Shown here: positions 24,629 to 34,338 of the stretch, piece after piece
Numbering within the stretch: position 1 is the stretch's first letter
Layout: each line of letters starts with the position of its first letter
Source: Tetramitus jugosus
Taxonomy: Eukaryota > Protista > Heterolobosea
Assembly: GCA_937625935.1 (NCBI GenBank)
Contig: OW569363.1
Coordinates: 434,001-498,000 of the forward strand
DNA: 64,000 nucleotides
Direction: 5' to 3'
Notes under the pieces: generated by a model
Told to the model about the DNA's origin: nothing
Databases searched by the model: none
What the model saw: the letters and a program-made list of their open reading frames with translations, nothing else
Made by a program: the position numbers and the translations under genes

Positions 24629-25283
24629 ATGAGTGCAAGGTCAGAGAAGAGCTTCCACACTGGGCACTACCCATCTGATCACTGGGCCATGCAACCCTGC
24701 CTACTCAGTGATCCAAAGGTCATCTGTCTCGCGTACTTTAAGAACTTTGAGTACGCAGTGTACTTGAATCCTACGGACAAGAGAGGATATCGCAAGGCTG
24801 ATCTGCAAGGGGGATATGCAGTCGACATTCAATCGAAATTATCAAACTCTGGAAAAGATTGGATTTGGGTTGTTGATGCAGCTAATGACCGATGTCTATG
24901 GTGAGATTGTACCCATTGCACAATCAGCGGTCGCAGGCAACAATTCACACGAGTTTGATGTGGAGACTGGCATGTCCAAGATTGGTAAAGTGGAAGAACC
25001 GTGGTTTTTGCATGGTCATATCTTTGGACGTGGGAATCCAAAGAGTGAATATGTGGCGGGAGTTCCATTGGATGGACCTGTTCCTGGATATTGCTTTGAT
25101 ATGATGGCGAAAACTTTGAGCGAAGAGGGCAATGATGCAAAAGTACTTTGGAGAGAAGGGGAGATTGAAAAGGTTGTGAGTGCATTGAAACTTAGAATTA
25201 TTGATGTCAAGGATCCGTACGAAGAACAAGGATTACGCATCCAGTGCGCAAATGAAGAGTCTTGGGCAGTAGTAAATAAATAA
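24629..25283 (+). pseudogene. HIT-like (HxH) protein split by a +1 frameshift
   Basis: ORFs 24518-24904 and 24816-25283 overlap in different frames. No GT donor lies in the probable junction (24781-24820). C-terminal part has AGNNSH and LHGHIFGRG. Confidence 0.5.
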
Positions 25284-25296
25284 ATAGAACAAAATT

Positions 25297-27924
25297 TTAC
25301 ACTTCAGGTGCGATAGGACTGCTTACAGCTGGTGTCACCAAACAATGGTTTGATGAGTAGTTTGCTGTTTGGTGATTCTTGATTCTTGTTTCTTGTTCGT
25401 CTTTCTGATTCCTACTGACTCGAAGAATACTCAACCAATTTTCTTTTGTAAATTTCTTGCATGTTTCAACAATGTTCGAGGGAGGATAGGATGCACACGG
25501 TGCTGAGTGTCTCCTTGAGAAGAATAGAGTGGGGCCTAGTGGATCTGTGAGTAAAGGGAGCTCAGAAGTATCCCTAATAGGCGAGAGCACTTCTGCTTCA
25601 TGTTCGGTGCATTGGAGAGATGCAACCTCATCTAGTTCAATGTTAACACAAGGAGACACACTAGATACTGTGACATTCGGTTGGCCTATTAGAGGCTCAG
25701 GATTGGGTTTTGGTTCGGACTTGTCACGCATAGGAACAGGGAATGTTCTATTTCGCAAAGCATGGGGCAACAGTTGAAAGATGTTACAAGGTGATCCAAT
25801 TCCCTTCAATTGATAATACCCTAATTTTTTCACTGCAACAGCATGTCCCACTGGATCTCTAATAATTTGCATTCCATCCTTGACTTGATTCAAAAACTGT
25901 TCAGATACGAGTATCTGCCCACCGTAAGCTGCATTCGTGATTCGCGCAGCCAGATTCACATCATTACCATGATAATCATACCTCATTGTTGTTCTGTCCA
26001 TTTGAGGGGTAGGGCTACCGTAATGAGCACCGATACGGACACGAAGTCCACGATAAATCATTTCTCCACCCTCGTCCACTTCAAACTTTGAACAACCATG
26101 ATTGAGCAAGGAGTTGGGCCAGTTGACTTGCAATAAATCTTCTTGAACCCTGAGCATCCACAACAGAGCGTCCATTGGATCCTTGAAGGCACACATGAAT
26201 GAGTCCCCTTGAGTTTTGATTTCAAACCCATGAAGCTCCTTCAAGAGAGACCTCAGAAGGCGATTGTGCTTATCAAGTGATGATTTCATGGCATCTTGAT
26301 CCTTGTTCCATAAGATGGTAGAGTCTTGAATATCCGTGAACAGAATTGTAAAATTTCCTCCTGTTGGTGCCAGAACATTCACCTTTTTCACCTTGTGGAC
26401 TCTGACCCTCCAACACAGGAGAAGAGCAATGGAAAGAAAGACAATACAGATGAACGCTGCCAGAATCACTGCCAGACACACAATGAGAGTAATATTCTTC
26501 TCACTGACACAGAGAACTGCTTTCCCAGAGGTTGAGTCCAGTTGAATACAAATCGGCCCCTGATTGTAACCAATACCTGTCATGTTCCCGAATAGAAAGC
26601 TCTTTTGAAGATCTATATTCATCTCTTCTTGTAGAGCCACTATCGCTCGCAAAGCAAACACATTTGTACAATAATTGTCAATCGGAAGATTATAGATATC
26701 CGAGGAGATGAATCCATTTTCAACAGAATTCTCAATGACTCGATTGACTTGAGACATGTTCATTACACCTATACCAAGAGGACCAGAGGGCCATACGAGA
26801 CGGTTCACTTCTCTAATTTGCAACGATTGGTGCAAATTACGTTCAGGTAGCGTTGTTAAGCACTGAGCTTCGTGATCCCTACAATAAATCCATCCCTTCA
26901 TACTGGCTTTCAAGAATAGAGGCATCACATCTCGATTACTCACTTCTCCTTCTTCAGTGACGTTGCTATTCAGCCATTCTTCATGCACGAGAATCACATT
27001 ATCAAACGGTAAAATGTCATCACTGCTCAGTGAAAACACATTAAAGTCACTCAGTTCCCATAACCGATCGCTATTCTTTTTCTTTAGCTCTAACAATTGA
27101 AGCAGCTCGTTATGACTGTACATGAGCATAAAATCAAAGAACGCATTGGGTTGAACGAGAGGAACAGGAGAGAAGGATTGCGGCATGAGATGAACCTCAG
27201 TCGTCTCATTAATTCCATGTTCCCTCAATGTAGCGATAAAAGGTAGTTGGTCTTGGTTCCAATATCCTAGAGTCTTTCCCTTCAGCTTTTCCCATGAGTC
27301 AAGACCTGAGGACTTCATGGTTACACCACGTAGACCAGAACGAGAATTCGTTTGCCACACTGCTGTCAAATTTAATCCTTGTTCGCGCGCGGAAAAAACC
27401 GTTGCAAAGGAAGAAATGTAAAGTTGCGCGAGTCCTGCTCTTACATACTTGAGGGAGTCGATTCCAGGTCCTCCAGGAATAATTGTAAAATCGATGCATT
27501 CTTGAGCAAAATATCCAAGTGAATCGGCAGCTATGAAGCCAACGTACTCTGCCTGAATCACCCATTTGACCGCGAGACTAATCTTGTACACCTTCTTGCA
27601 GTGCCCATAGGGATCAGGATCGGTGTTACTAATTGGGTTTGGGTTTTGAGTGCTACTGTCAACGTGACTCTCGGCCACTAGAGGAAGAGTTGCTTCTGGT
27701 TGATTGGAGAATGGTGTGGTAATCTTAGTATGTGGCTGATGAAGTTCAGGTTGTGTTTGAGTCATGGGTTTCTGTTCCGAGTGTGGCACGGCGAGGAGAA
27801 GAAAAAACAGGCAAAGTATGAGAAAGGAGAACAAGCATGAAATTGCCCACCGCCGCCGATGAAGTGCGTTATTGTTGATTGAATGGGAGTGTAACATTGT
27901 TGGTGAGATGTGTTTCAACCGCAT
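25297..27924 (-). CDS. Receptor-type adenylate cyclase with an extracellular NMT1/THI5-like solute-binding domain
   Basis: TM helix; KWVIQAEYVGFIAADSLGYF..PGG (NMT1-like); TM helix; FTDIQDST, KTQGDSFM, GLRVRIG, DYHGNDVNLAAR. Start taken at the first ATG (27924); the track extends to a GTG at 28254. Confidence 0.85.
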   Translation of the reverse strand: MRLKHISPTMLHSHSINNNALHRRRWAISCLFSFLILCLFFLLLAVPHSEQKPMTQTQPELHQPHTKITTPFSNQPEATLPLVAESHVDSSTQNPNPISNTDPDPYGHCKKVYKISLAVKWVIQAEYVGFIAADSLGYFAQECIDFTIIPGGPGIDSLKYVRAGLAQLYISSFATVFSAREQGLNLTAVWQTNSRSGLRGVTMKSSGLDSWEKLKGKTLGYWNQDQLPFIATLREHGINETTEVHLMPQSFSPVPLVQPNAFFDFMLMYSHNELLQLLELKKKNSDRLWELSDFNVFSLSSDDILPFDNVILVHEEWLNSNVTEEGEVSNRDVMPLFLKASMKGWIYCRDHEAQCLTTLPERNLHQSLQIREVNRLVWPSGPLGIGVMNMSQVNRVIENSVENGFISSDIYNLPIDNYCTNVFALRAIVALQEEMNIDLQKSFLFGNMTGIGYNQGPICIQLDSTSGKAVLCVSEKNITLIVCLAVILAAFICIVFLSIALLLCWRVRVHKVKKVNVLAPTGGNFTILFTDIQDSTILWNKDQDAMKSSLDKHNRLLRSLLKELHGFEIKTQGDSFMCAFKDPMDALLWMLRVQEDLLQVNWPNSLLNHGCSKFEVDEGGEMIYRGLRVRIGAHYGSPTPQMDRTTMRYDYHGNDVNLAARITNAAYGGQILVSEQFLNQVKDGMQIIRDPVGHAVAVKKLGYYQLKGIGSPCNIFQLLPHALRNRTFPVPMRDKSEPKPNPEPLIGQPNVTVSSVSPCVNIELDEVASLQCTEHEAEVLSPIRDTSELPLLTDPLGPTLFFSRRHSAPCASYPPSNIVETCKKFTKENWLSILRVSRNQKDEQETRIKNHQTANYSSNHCLVTPAVSSPIAPEV

Positions 27925-28210
27925 TGTATCTGATTGACAAAGTTTCGGATTTTGTAACACGATTTTTGATTGTGTCAACCGCTGATGATGAAGATTGTTG
28001 TTTGGACGGAGAGTTGTTGGTGTGTTTTTGTGAAGTAAGAACTGCTCTGTTGTTGAGCTTGATGGTTGTTGGTTGTATCGCAACACAATACCTCGGCAGA
28101 GCTCCTTTATTTTTATCAAGTTAATTTTGCTTATTTGGGTTAGAAGTTCTTGTACGGTCAAGGGACCCTCGATTTGAAAGAGGAAATAGCGATTCCGGGA
28201 ACCACGTGGA

Positions 28211-28255
28211 GGTGCAAGTGTCCGATCAGTATTTAGGTTATCGGACGCTTGCACC
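28211..28255. repeat. 16-bp inverted repeat (hairpin) in a divergent intergenic region
   Basis: GGTGCAAGTGTCCGAT (28211-28226), 13-nt loop, ATCGGACGCTTGCACC (28240-28255); one G-T pair. Confidence 0.85.
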
Positions 28256-28589
28256 CTTATTTATTTGTCCTGGAAAGTGAAACCCCTGAGTCAACCACGG
28301 AGCGGACACTTGTCAACAGGGCAACTTAGATTCCCGAAAGATTGTGCCGTTTTCAGGTTCAAGAGTTTCAATAACGTGACATTCAGAACGACACGTGTTA
28401 CCTTAGCGAAAACTATTGTGTTCTACCGTACCATGCTGTTAATCCTTATTGAACAGCTGCCTGTTAGATGGAGCTTGAAACCTTCCTGTAAACAGCCGGA
28501 CAATCTGATTCTCCGCAAGTTCAAACCCGACAAGCGGAAGAATATCGAAATTAAAAAAAATAAAGAAAAAGCTTTCGATTGGAACACAC

Positions 28590-31500
28590 ATGGGTCAGAA
28601 TTTGTCCATTGCAACTGAAAAATTGATCATACAGGAGGAATTGGGTCCTCTTGGTATCGATTACCAGTATGCCCTGACCGGTGGTGATTCAAGTCCCTAC
28701 CGCAGTCCCTACGTTTGCGCCAAAATTTCCTCAACGGTCAATTCTCTACAGTACACCAAAAATGGCGCGATCAATGATGATGATGATCAAGAAGAACAAC
28801 AGAACAATAATGAGTCAACAACATCATCACCCATTCAATTATTGTTTCTCAAGAGCTATAATGATCATCATCATCGACGCAGTGGCAATGGTGAAGATTC
28901 ATTCTTGTTGATCAAGGTCATTCCAAAGAGTTTTGCACTGTATGAAGAACAACATGTCGAACGAAACATGTTTACGATGACGACGACGACTACGACAAAT
29001 AATGGTGGTGATGATGCAGTGAGCAGAAAAATGGACCAAGAAGTGTTCATCTCATTGTTGTACACCATTTCACAATTGTATCAAATTTCACCTGATTTGG
29101 TGAATCAAATGTATTTTAATTATGATTTGTTTGAACAGCAATTGTCATTGCTGGAAGAAGGAGAGTGTAACAATGTCAATGGTGAACAACAAGAAGCTGA
29201 ACATTTGAAAACAATGATGTTGAACAAAAAGAAGCAAAATTTTGTGCTTCAAATGTTGAATGGTTGTTTTATGCCAAAACATGCGAATTTACCAGCCTTG
29301 TACGGCGTCTTTCAATCCAAGAGAGCATTTTATTTGTTGATGGATCATCAGAATTTTACATTGGACGAGTTGTTGAAGTTTAATCAACCCATTTTAAAGT
29401 TGGATGATACAAAGAGGCGATTTTTGTTTTATCAAATGATTCAATTCGTTTTCTTTTGTCACAAGAGTGGATTTGCTCATGGAAAGATTCGGCCGTGCAA
29501 CATTTTGTTGAATGATATGTTATGGGTGTCGATTATTGGACAAGATATATTGTACACACCAAAATTGGATGATCCCATGTTTGCTGTGACCAATGATGGT
29601 GGTAGTGGTGGTCATGTGGTGCCTGATGGTGCAAATGCAACGCGGGAAGTTGATGGTAGCTCATCGTCGTCGCCATCATCGTTGGTTGTGCCACCATTGC
29701 GTCTCAATTCACCATCGATTCGCAACAACAACGATTCACCTGCAATGGTGAGTGCCCGAGCACCCTCTCCCACAGTCCCAGCCTCTCACAGCAACAACAA
29801 CAATACAAATTATTATGGTAGTTTGCCTTCACTCGAGTCAATATCGGGTGGGACCAACAACACATATGGTTCAGTCAATCGCTCAAGTGTTGTCGATGAT
29901 GATTTGGTGTCATCTGTTATTTCTCGCTGGCAGAAGAGGGAGATTAGTAATTATGAGTACTTGATTGCTTTGAATGAGATGGCTGGAAGACGTCTTGGCG
30001 ATTCGCAATTTCATCCTATTCTTCCCTGGGTCATGGATTTCAGTAGTCCGTTCGGAGAGTGGAGAGATTTAACGAAAACAAAATATAGATTGAATAAGGG
30101 TGATCAAATGCTCGATTTTACATTTCAGTCTCCAGAGAATCCTCATCATGTCACTGAACCTCTATCTGAAATTACCTATTTTATTTATATGGCTCGAAGA
30201 ACACCCGTCGAATTGTTGAAGCTTCACGTGAGAACGCATTACGAACCGAGAGAGTATCCATTAAGTGTAGTGCGCATGTATCATTGGACTCCTGATGAGT
30301 GCATACCTGAATTGTACACTGATCCCTCTGTTTTTAAGAGCATTCATCCAGACATGAGTGATCTTGAGCTACCGGAATGGGCCACAGATGCCAATGATTT
30401 TATTCAAAAACATCGAGAAGCACTGGAGAGTGATCAAGTCAGTCGACAGCTTCATCACTGGATTGACTTGATCTTTGGATACAAGTTGAGTGGACAAGCG
30501 GCAATTGATGCAAAGAATGTGATGCTGAAAAAGGAACACAATGACTTAATACCTACACGGTATGGATATGTACAGTTGTTTAACGATCCGCATCCTCCTC
30601 GATTCTGTTCCTCTATTCAGGATGATGCGAACGGTCTAGAGTTAGCTTTCTATGAGCAGACGCTTCGTTTCAGTGCAACATACTTCTCAACGCCAGAATA
30701 CCACACTATCCCTTATCTGATACGAGCAAAGAAATGCCAAATCGAAGTTTCTCAAAAAGATTTATTTGCAGATGATATGTTTGCTCTTGGTTGTCTATTA
30801 GCTGAGTTATACACATTTCAGCCATTGTTCAATTCCAAGACCCTTGACTATTATCTCACGAATCCAGATATGTCAAAGTACAAATCTGTTCCTCAGTTCG
30901 AGAAAATTCCGCAGCCTGCACGATTTATTATTGAATCTTTGATTGATTTGGATGCTTCCAAACGAAAGAAAGTATTCCAGCATCCACAGAGTAAGCGAAT
31001 GTTTCCGACATTCTTCAAGTTTGCTTACTGGTTTTTAAGCAAATTTTATACTTTGCCAACCCAGGAGGAAAAATTATCTTTTGCCATGAAACATGTAACT
31101 CCTAATTCTGTGGAGAGAGAGTTTTTCTCATCTGGATATAATCCATACATGAACAATGGAGGATTATTGGTAGATCTGCCATCTGAGGGTTTGGAGATAA
31201 CATTGCCTCATGTGTTGCAATATTTCTTTTCGGTGAAGAAGGTGATCACAACATCAGGTGTAGTGGATGTACAACATCTGAGATCGTGGTGCGACGGAGT
31301 CAAAATACTCAAAAAAGTTGGAAAACACATTAATAGGTCAAAACTTCTGAGATGTGAGACCATTAGAAAGTTGGTGAAAAAGAAGTTAAACGAGTTGTAT
31401 TTGGAGAGTGAAAAGATGGAAGGCCGAACTTTGCCTGCTCAAGATCTTGCAATTTTGACTGACCTCCAGTTAAATTTGTACTCATTCTCATTTTCATCAT

Positions 31501-34322
31501 TTCTGTATGATCTGATTATGATTGAAGAAGAGAGCAGCTCGTCGGCTCAAAAGGAATTCAAGAGAATGTATTTGGAGCAAGTTTTACCGTTCTTCATAGA
31601 AGCAATGTTCACAAATAGAAACGAGAAGATAACAAGCAAAGCTCGAGAGACAGTGCATCGCATGTCAAAGCAGTACTTTGGCACATTGTTAACCCTGCAG
31701 CATGTAGTCGAACCAGTAATCTCAAAAATATCTCGATTGTATATTAATGGAAAGAAGGGCACTTATTCTCGAGGAAGAATCAACGAGAACGTTATCCAAC
31801 TCTTAAATGATATTGGATTAATACCTGGACCGAGCTCTATGTTGGGTTATTACATACCAAAGTTTTTGAGAATAATCTTAGAGCAGATGAAAACAGAGAA
31901 GAAGTTTGGAGAACAATCACCCGATCAAGCCAAATTAGTTGAGGATGACACCTCTCACAGTGCTAATGTTTTGATTATCTATAAGCTCTTAGAAACGCTA
32001 TTGCATCGCATTGGGCACCAGTCGAACTCGACTGTAAATAGCATCTTGCTCAATAATCTGCAACTGTTTGTAGATTTGATGCAAATGTATGGGCCGTCGA
32101 CTCTCCATCCAGATTCTCCCATTGATGTTACAGATTGCTACTTTGATTCTGAACCAGAGAATTCTTTAACCATTGAAGTGTTTAAAAAGTACATACAATT
32201 GGTCACTTACATGCTTCAAGTTTGCGAAGTTGGTGTTCGTTTCCAAGTGATACAAGCTCTGAGAGGATCTATAAGATCTATTCTCCACTCCGATGTGAGT
32301 TTCAAATTCGATCACCCTGAAGAGAGTGTGTACGACTGCGGATATCAAAAGAGTGATATTTCTTTGTTAGCTCCAAATAAGGTTCGAATAGATGATGATG
32401 AGAAAGGAAAGCCATATCAACCGATCAGATCTCTAGTGTCGCGTATCAGGGCCAGTGTTATCTCACACAAAGAACAGCAGTCTCTTCTCTCAAGACGAAT
32501 GAGTACCAATGTTCCTCCATTGTATTCAGTCAAATCCTTAATGGAATCTAATGATCTCATGAATGAAATAGTGGGTGAACAACCAGAAATCACCTTCTTA
32601 CCGGAGCAATCTAGCTCAGAACTTGGTGTGGGTATTGAAGCTTCTCCTTCACCCTTGTTTGCAACAAAGGATGATTTTTTGAAGGGTTATTTGCTGTATG
32701 CCGAATTGTGTCGTGTGCTTGGCAATAGCTTAATGAGAGAGGCAGTGAATAATAGCAGAGTGTTCGAAGATTATTTTACAAGATCAATCCCTGTGCAAGA
32801 CAATAGCGAGAGTAACAACGAGTCTCCAGTACCTGCTCAAGCTTCATATCCTCACTGGTTCCTTCAAAATCCAGGAACTGTCCAACGAGTTGTTACATCA
32901 GGAGTAAGCTATGACGATGTACGAAATTCAGAATATCGAGTCAAAGGCATCCTTGAATTCGAGTTTGATGATGGCAAAATCGCAAGTAATTCAAACCCTT
33001 CCATCAGATGTATTGATATGTTAGAAAGTGACGAACGTATCTTTATAACCGGTGGTAGAGATCGTAATCTTCCTTGTGTTAAATTCTGGAATCTCGAGAG
33101 TGACAATCCTCATTCAATATCAACGTTATACCCATATCCCAGTGTGTCATCGAAGCGAGATATTGTCAAAGTGCAATTTTTGAACCCTAATGACGGAAGA
33201 ATTATGGCTTGCAGTGATCGTATCATTGGTAGTCCATATGGAAACCTTCACATTTTTGATACAGAAATGAATCGGCTACTGTTCACGATTCATGGTGGAG
33301 CAGGACCAAATCAGAATTCGTACTTTAATCACATGTCACAACGATCGATCGATTCGAAGGTTAATCTTCGATTCCTTCTGAATCGCAGCAATGTGCCAGA
33401 GACTCACAACCAGTCCATAATAACAGGCGTGAGCAATTTAGATCACCGTAATGGTCAGATTGCATCATTTGATGTGCTAAATAACAACATGCTCGTAACA
33501 ACAACAAACGACTGCAAACTCAAATTCTACGATCTAAGAGCAAGTGGAGTCAGAGAATGTTACGAATGGAGAATATTCCCACCAATGCATCAATTTGGAC
33601 GTTCTTCCATTCCCTCTGTTCCTCTCTCTGTTAGTGCTTGTGCTCCACAGGATAAGCACATTGCTGTTGGACTATCAACTGGAGTGGTATTTTTACTGGA
33701 GAAGTATTCAGGCCTCATAATTGATTCATTCCAGGCCCATGATAGAGAAATTTCAAAGATCGCACCCTACAAGTCAACTCCTGGACATTTGTTTACCTGC
33801 AGCAGCGCTGCAGAGAGTAATGTGAAATCTGACTTGATTCGAATGTGGGACACGCATTCATCCGTGCCAGCCAAATGCGAGCGAGCGTTCAAGTTAAACG
33901 TCTCTCAATTACAACCTCAGTCGCAACAAGATACCCTTATTTCTCAAGCGCATATCGCAGTTCGCTCATTTGACGTATGTTCCCGGACAGACAGCGATCA
34001 TATCTTTGCAGTGACCAATCATTCGGTTTTGCATTATCGAAACTCGAATTTCATTTCTCCACCAGAATCAGTTGACGATACGATGGCGTACAATCCATCC
34101 TTTGGCCGAAACCGAAGACCTTCCTCCCAGACTGCCCCTAACTTCCACATGAACCTTATTTATAATCTCTCCTCACAAGATACAACTCAGTCTCCCAATC
34201 CTATAACACCAGTTACTCCATCCATGGGAGCATCCTCCAAGTTTACAGACGTCAAGTACTTCCCTCTGCACAAGCTCCTTCTGGTCACGACAAGTGATGG
34301 CAAAATTGGAGTGTTCAGTTAA
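28590..34322 (+). CDS. WDR81/LvsG-like protein (kinase-like, BEACH and WD40 domains)
   Basis: ISNYEYLIALNEMAGR, HPILPWV, RDLTKTKYRLNKGD, WTPDECIPE, WIDLIFGYK; C-terminal WD repeats. Confidence 0.88.
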   Translation: MGQNLSIATEKLIIQEELGPLGIDYQYALTGGDSSPYRSPYVCAKISSTVNSLQYTKNGAINDDDDQEEQQNNNESTTSSPIQLLFLKSYNDHHHRRSGNGEDSFLLIKVIPKSFALYEEQHVERNMFTMTTTTTTNNGGDDAVSRKMDQEVFISLLYTISQLYQISPDLVNQMYFNYDLFEQQLSLLEEGECNNVNGEQQEAEHLKTMMLNKKKQNFVLQMLNGCFMPKHANLPALYGVFQSKRAFYLLMDHQNFTLDELLKFNQPILKLDDTKRRFLFYQMIQFVFFCHKSGFAHGKIRPCNILLNDMLWVSIIGQDILYTPKLDDPMFAVTNDGGSGGHVVPDGANATREVDGSSSSSPSSLVVPPLRLNSPSIRNNNDSPAMVSARAPSPTVPASHSNNNNTNYYGSLPSLESISGGTNNTYGSVNRSSVVDDDLVSSVISRWQKREISNYEYLIALNEMAGRRLGDSQFHPILPWVMDFSSPFGEWRDLTKTKYRLNKGDQMLDFTFQSPENPHHVTEPLSEITYFIYMARRTPVELLKLHVRTHYEPREYPLSVVRMYHWTPDECIPELYTDPSVFKSIHPDMSDLELPEWATDANDFIQKHREALESDQVSRQLHHWIDLIFGYKLSGQAAIDAKNVMLKKEHNDLIPTRYGYVQLFNDPHPPRFCSSIQDDANGLELAFYEQTLRFSATYFSTPEYHTIPYLIRAKKCQIEVSQKDLFADDMFALGCLLAELYTFQPLFNSKTLDYYLTNPDMSKYKSVPQFEKIPQPARFIIESLIDLDASKRKKVFQHPQSKRMFPTFFKFAYWFLSKFYTLPTQEEKLSFAMKHVTPNSVEREFFSSGYNPYMNNGGLLVDLPSEGLEITLPHVLQYFFSVKKVITTSGVVDVQHLRSWCDGVKILKKVGKHINRSKLLRCETIRKLVKKKLNELYLESEKMEGRTLPAQDLAILTDLQLNLYSFSFSSFLYDLIMIEEESSSSAQKEFKRMYLEQVLPFFIEAMFTNRNEKITSKARETVHRMSKQYFGTLLTLQHVVEPVISKISRLYINGKKGTYSRGRINENVIQLLNDIGLIPGPSSMLGYYIPKFLRIILEQMKTEKKFGEQSPDQAKLVEDDTSHSANVLIIYKLLETLLHRIGHQSNSTVNSILLNNLQLFVDLMQMYGPSTLHPDSPIDVTDCYFDSEPENSLTIEVFKKYIQLVTYMLQVCEVGVRFQVIQALRGSIRSILHSDVSFKFDHPEESVYDCGYQKSDISLLAPNKVRIDDDEKGKPYQPIRSLVSRIRASVISHKEQQSLLSRRMSTNVPPLYSVKSLMESNDLMNEIVGEQPEITFLPEQSSSELGVGIEASPSPLFATKDDFLKGYLLYAELCRVLGNSLMREAVNNSRVFEDYFTRSIPVQDNSESNNESPVPAQASYPHWFLQNPGTVQRVVTSGVSYDDVRNSEYRVKGILEFEFDDGKIASNSNPSIRCIDMLESDERIFITGGRDRNLPCVKFWNLESDNPHSISTLYPYPSVSSKRDIVKVQFLNPNDGRIMACSDRIIGSPYGNLHIFDTEMNRLLFTIHGGAGPNQNSYFNHMSQRSIDSKVNLRFLLNRSNVPETHNQSIITGVSNLDHRNGQIASFDVLNNNMLVTTTNDCKLKFYDLRASGVRECYEWRIFPPMHQFGRSSIPSVPLSVSACAPQDKHIAVGLSTGVVFLLEKYSGLIIDSFQAHDREISKIAPYKSTPGHLFTCSSAAESNVKSDLIRMWDTHSSVPAKCERAFKLNVSQLQPQSQQDTLISQAHIAVRSFDVCSRTDSDHIFAVTNHSVLHYRNSNFISPPESVDDTMAYNPSFGRNRRPSSQTAPNFHMNLIYNLSSQDTTQSPNPITPVTPSMGASSKFTDVKYFPLHKLLLVTTSDGKIGVFS

Positions 34323-34338
34323 ATGTTTTATTTATTGG

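Noticed and set aside
28180-28340. TPP riboswitch upstream of the NMT1-domain cyclase
   Set aside because: No CUGAGA or other TPP core motifs on the gene's sense strand; only the hairpin is reported.
28505-28540. B-box-like GTTCAAACC suggesting a second tRNA
   Set aside because: No cloverleaf or A box can be built around it.
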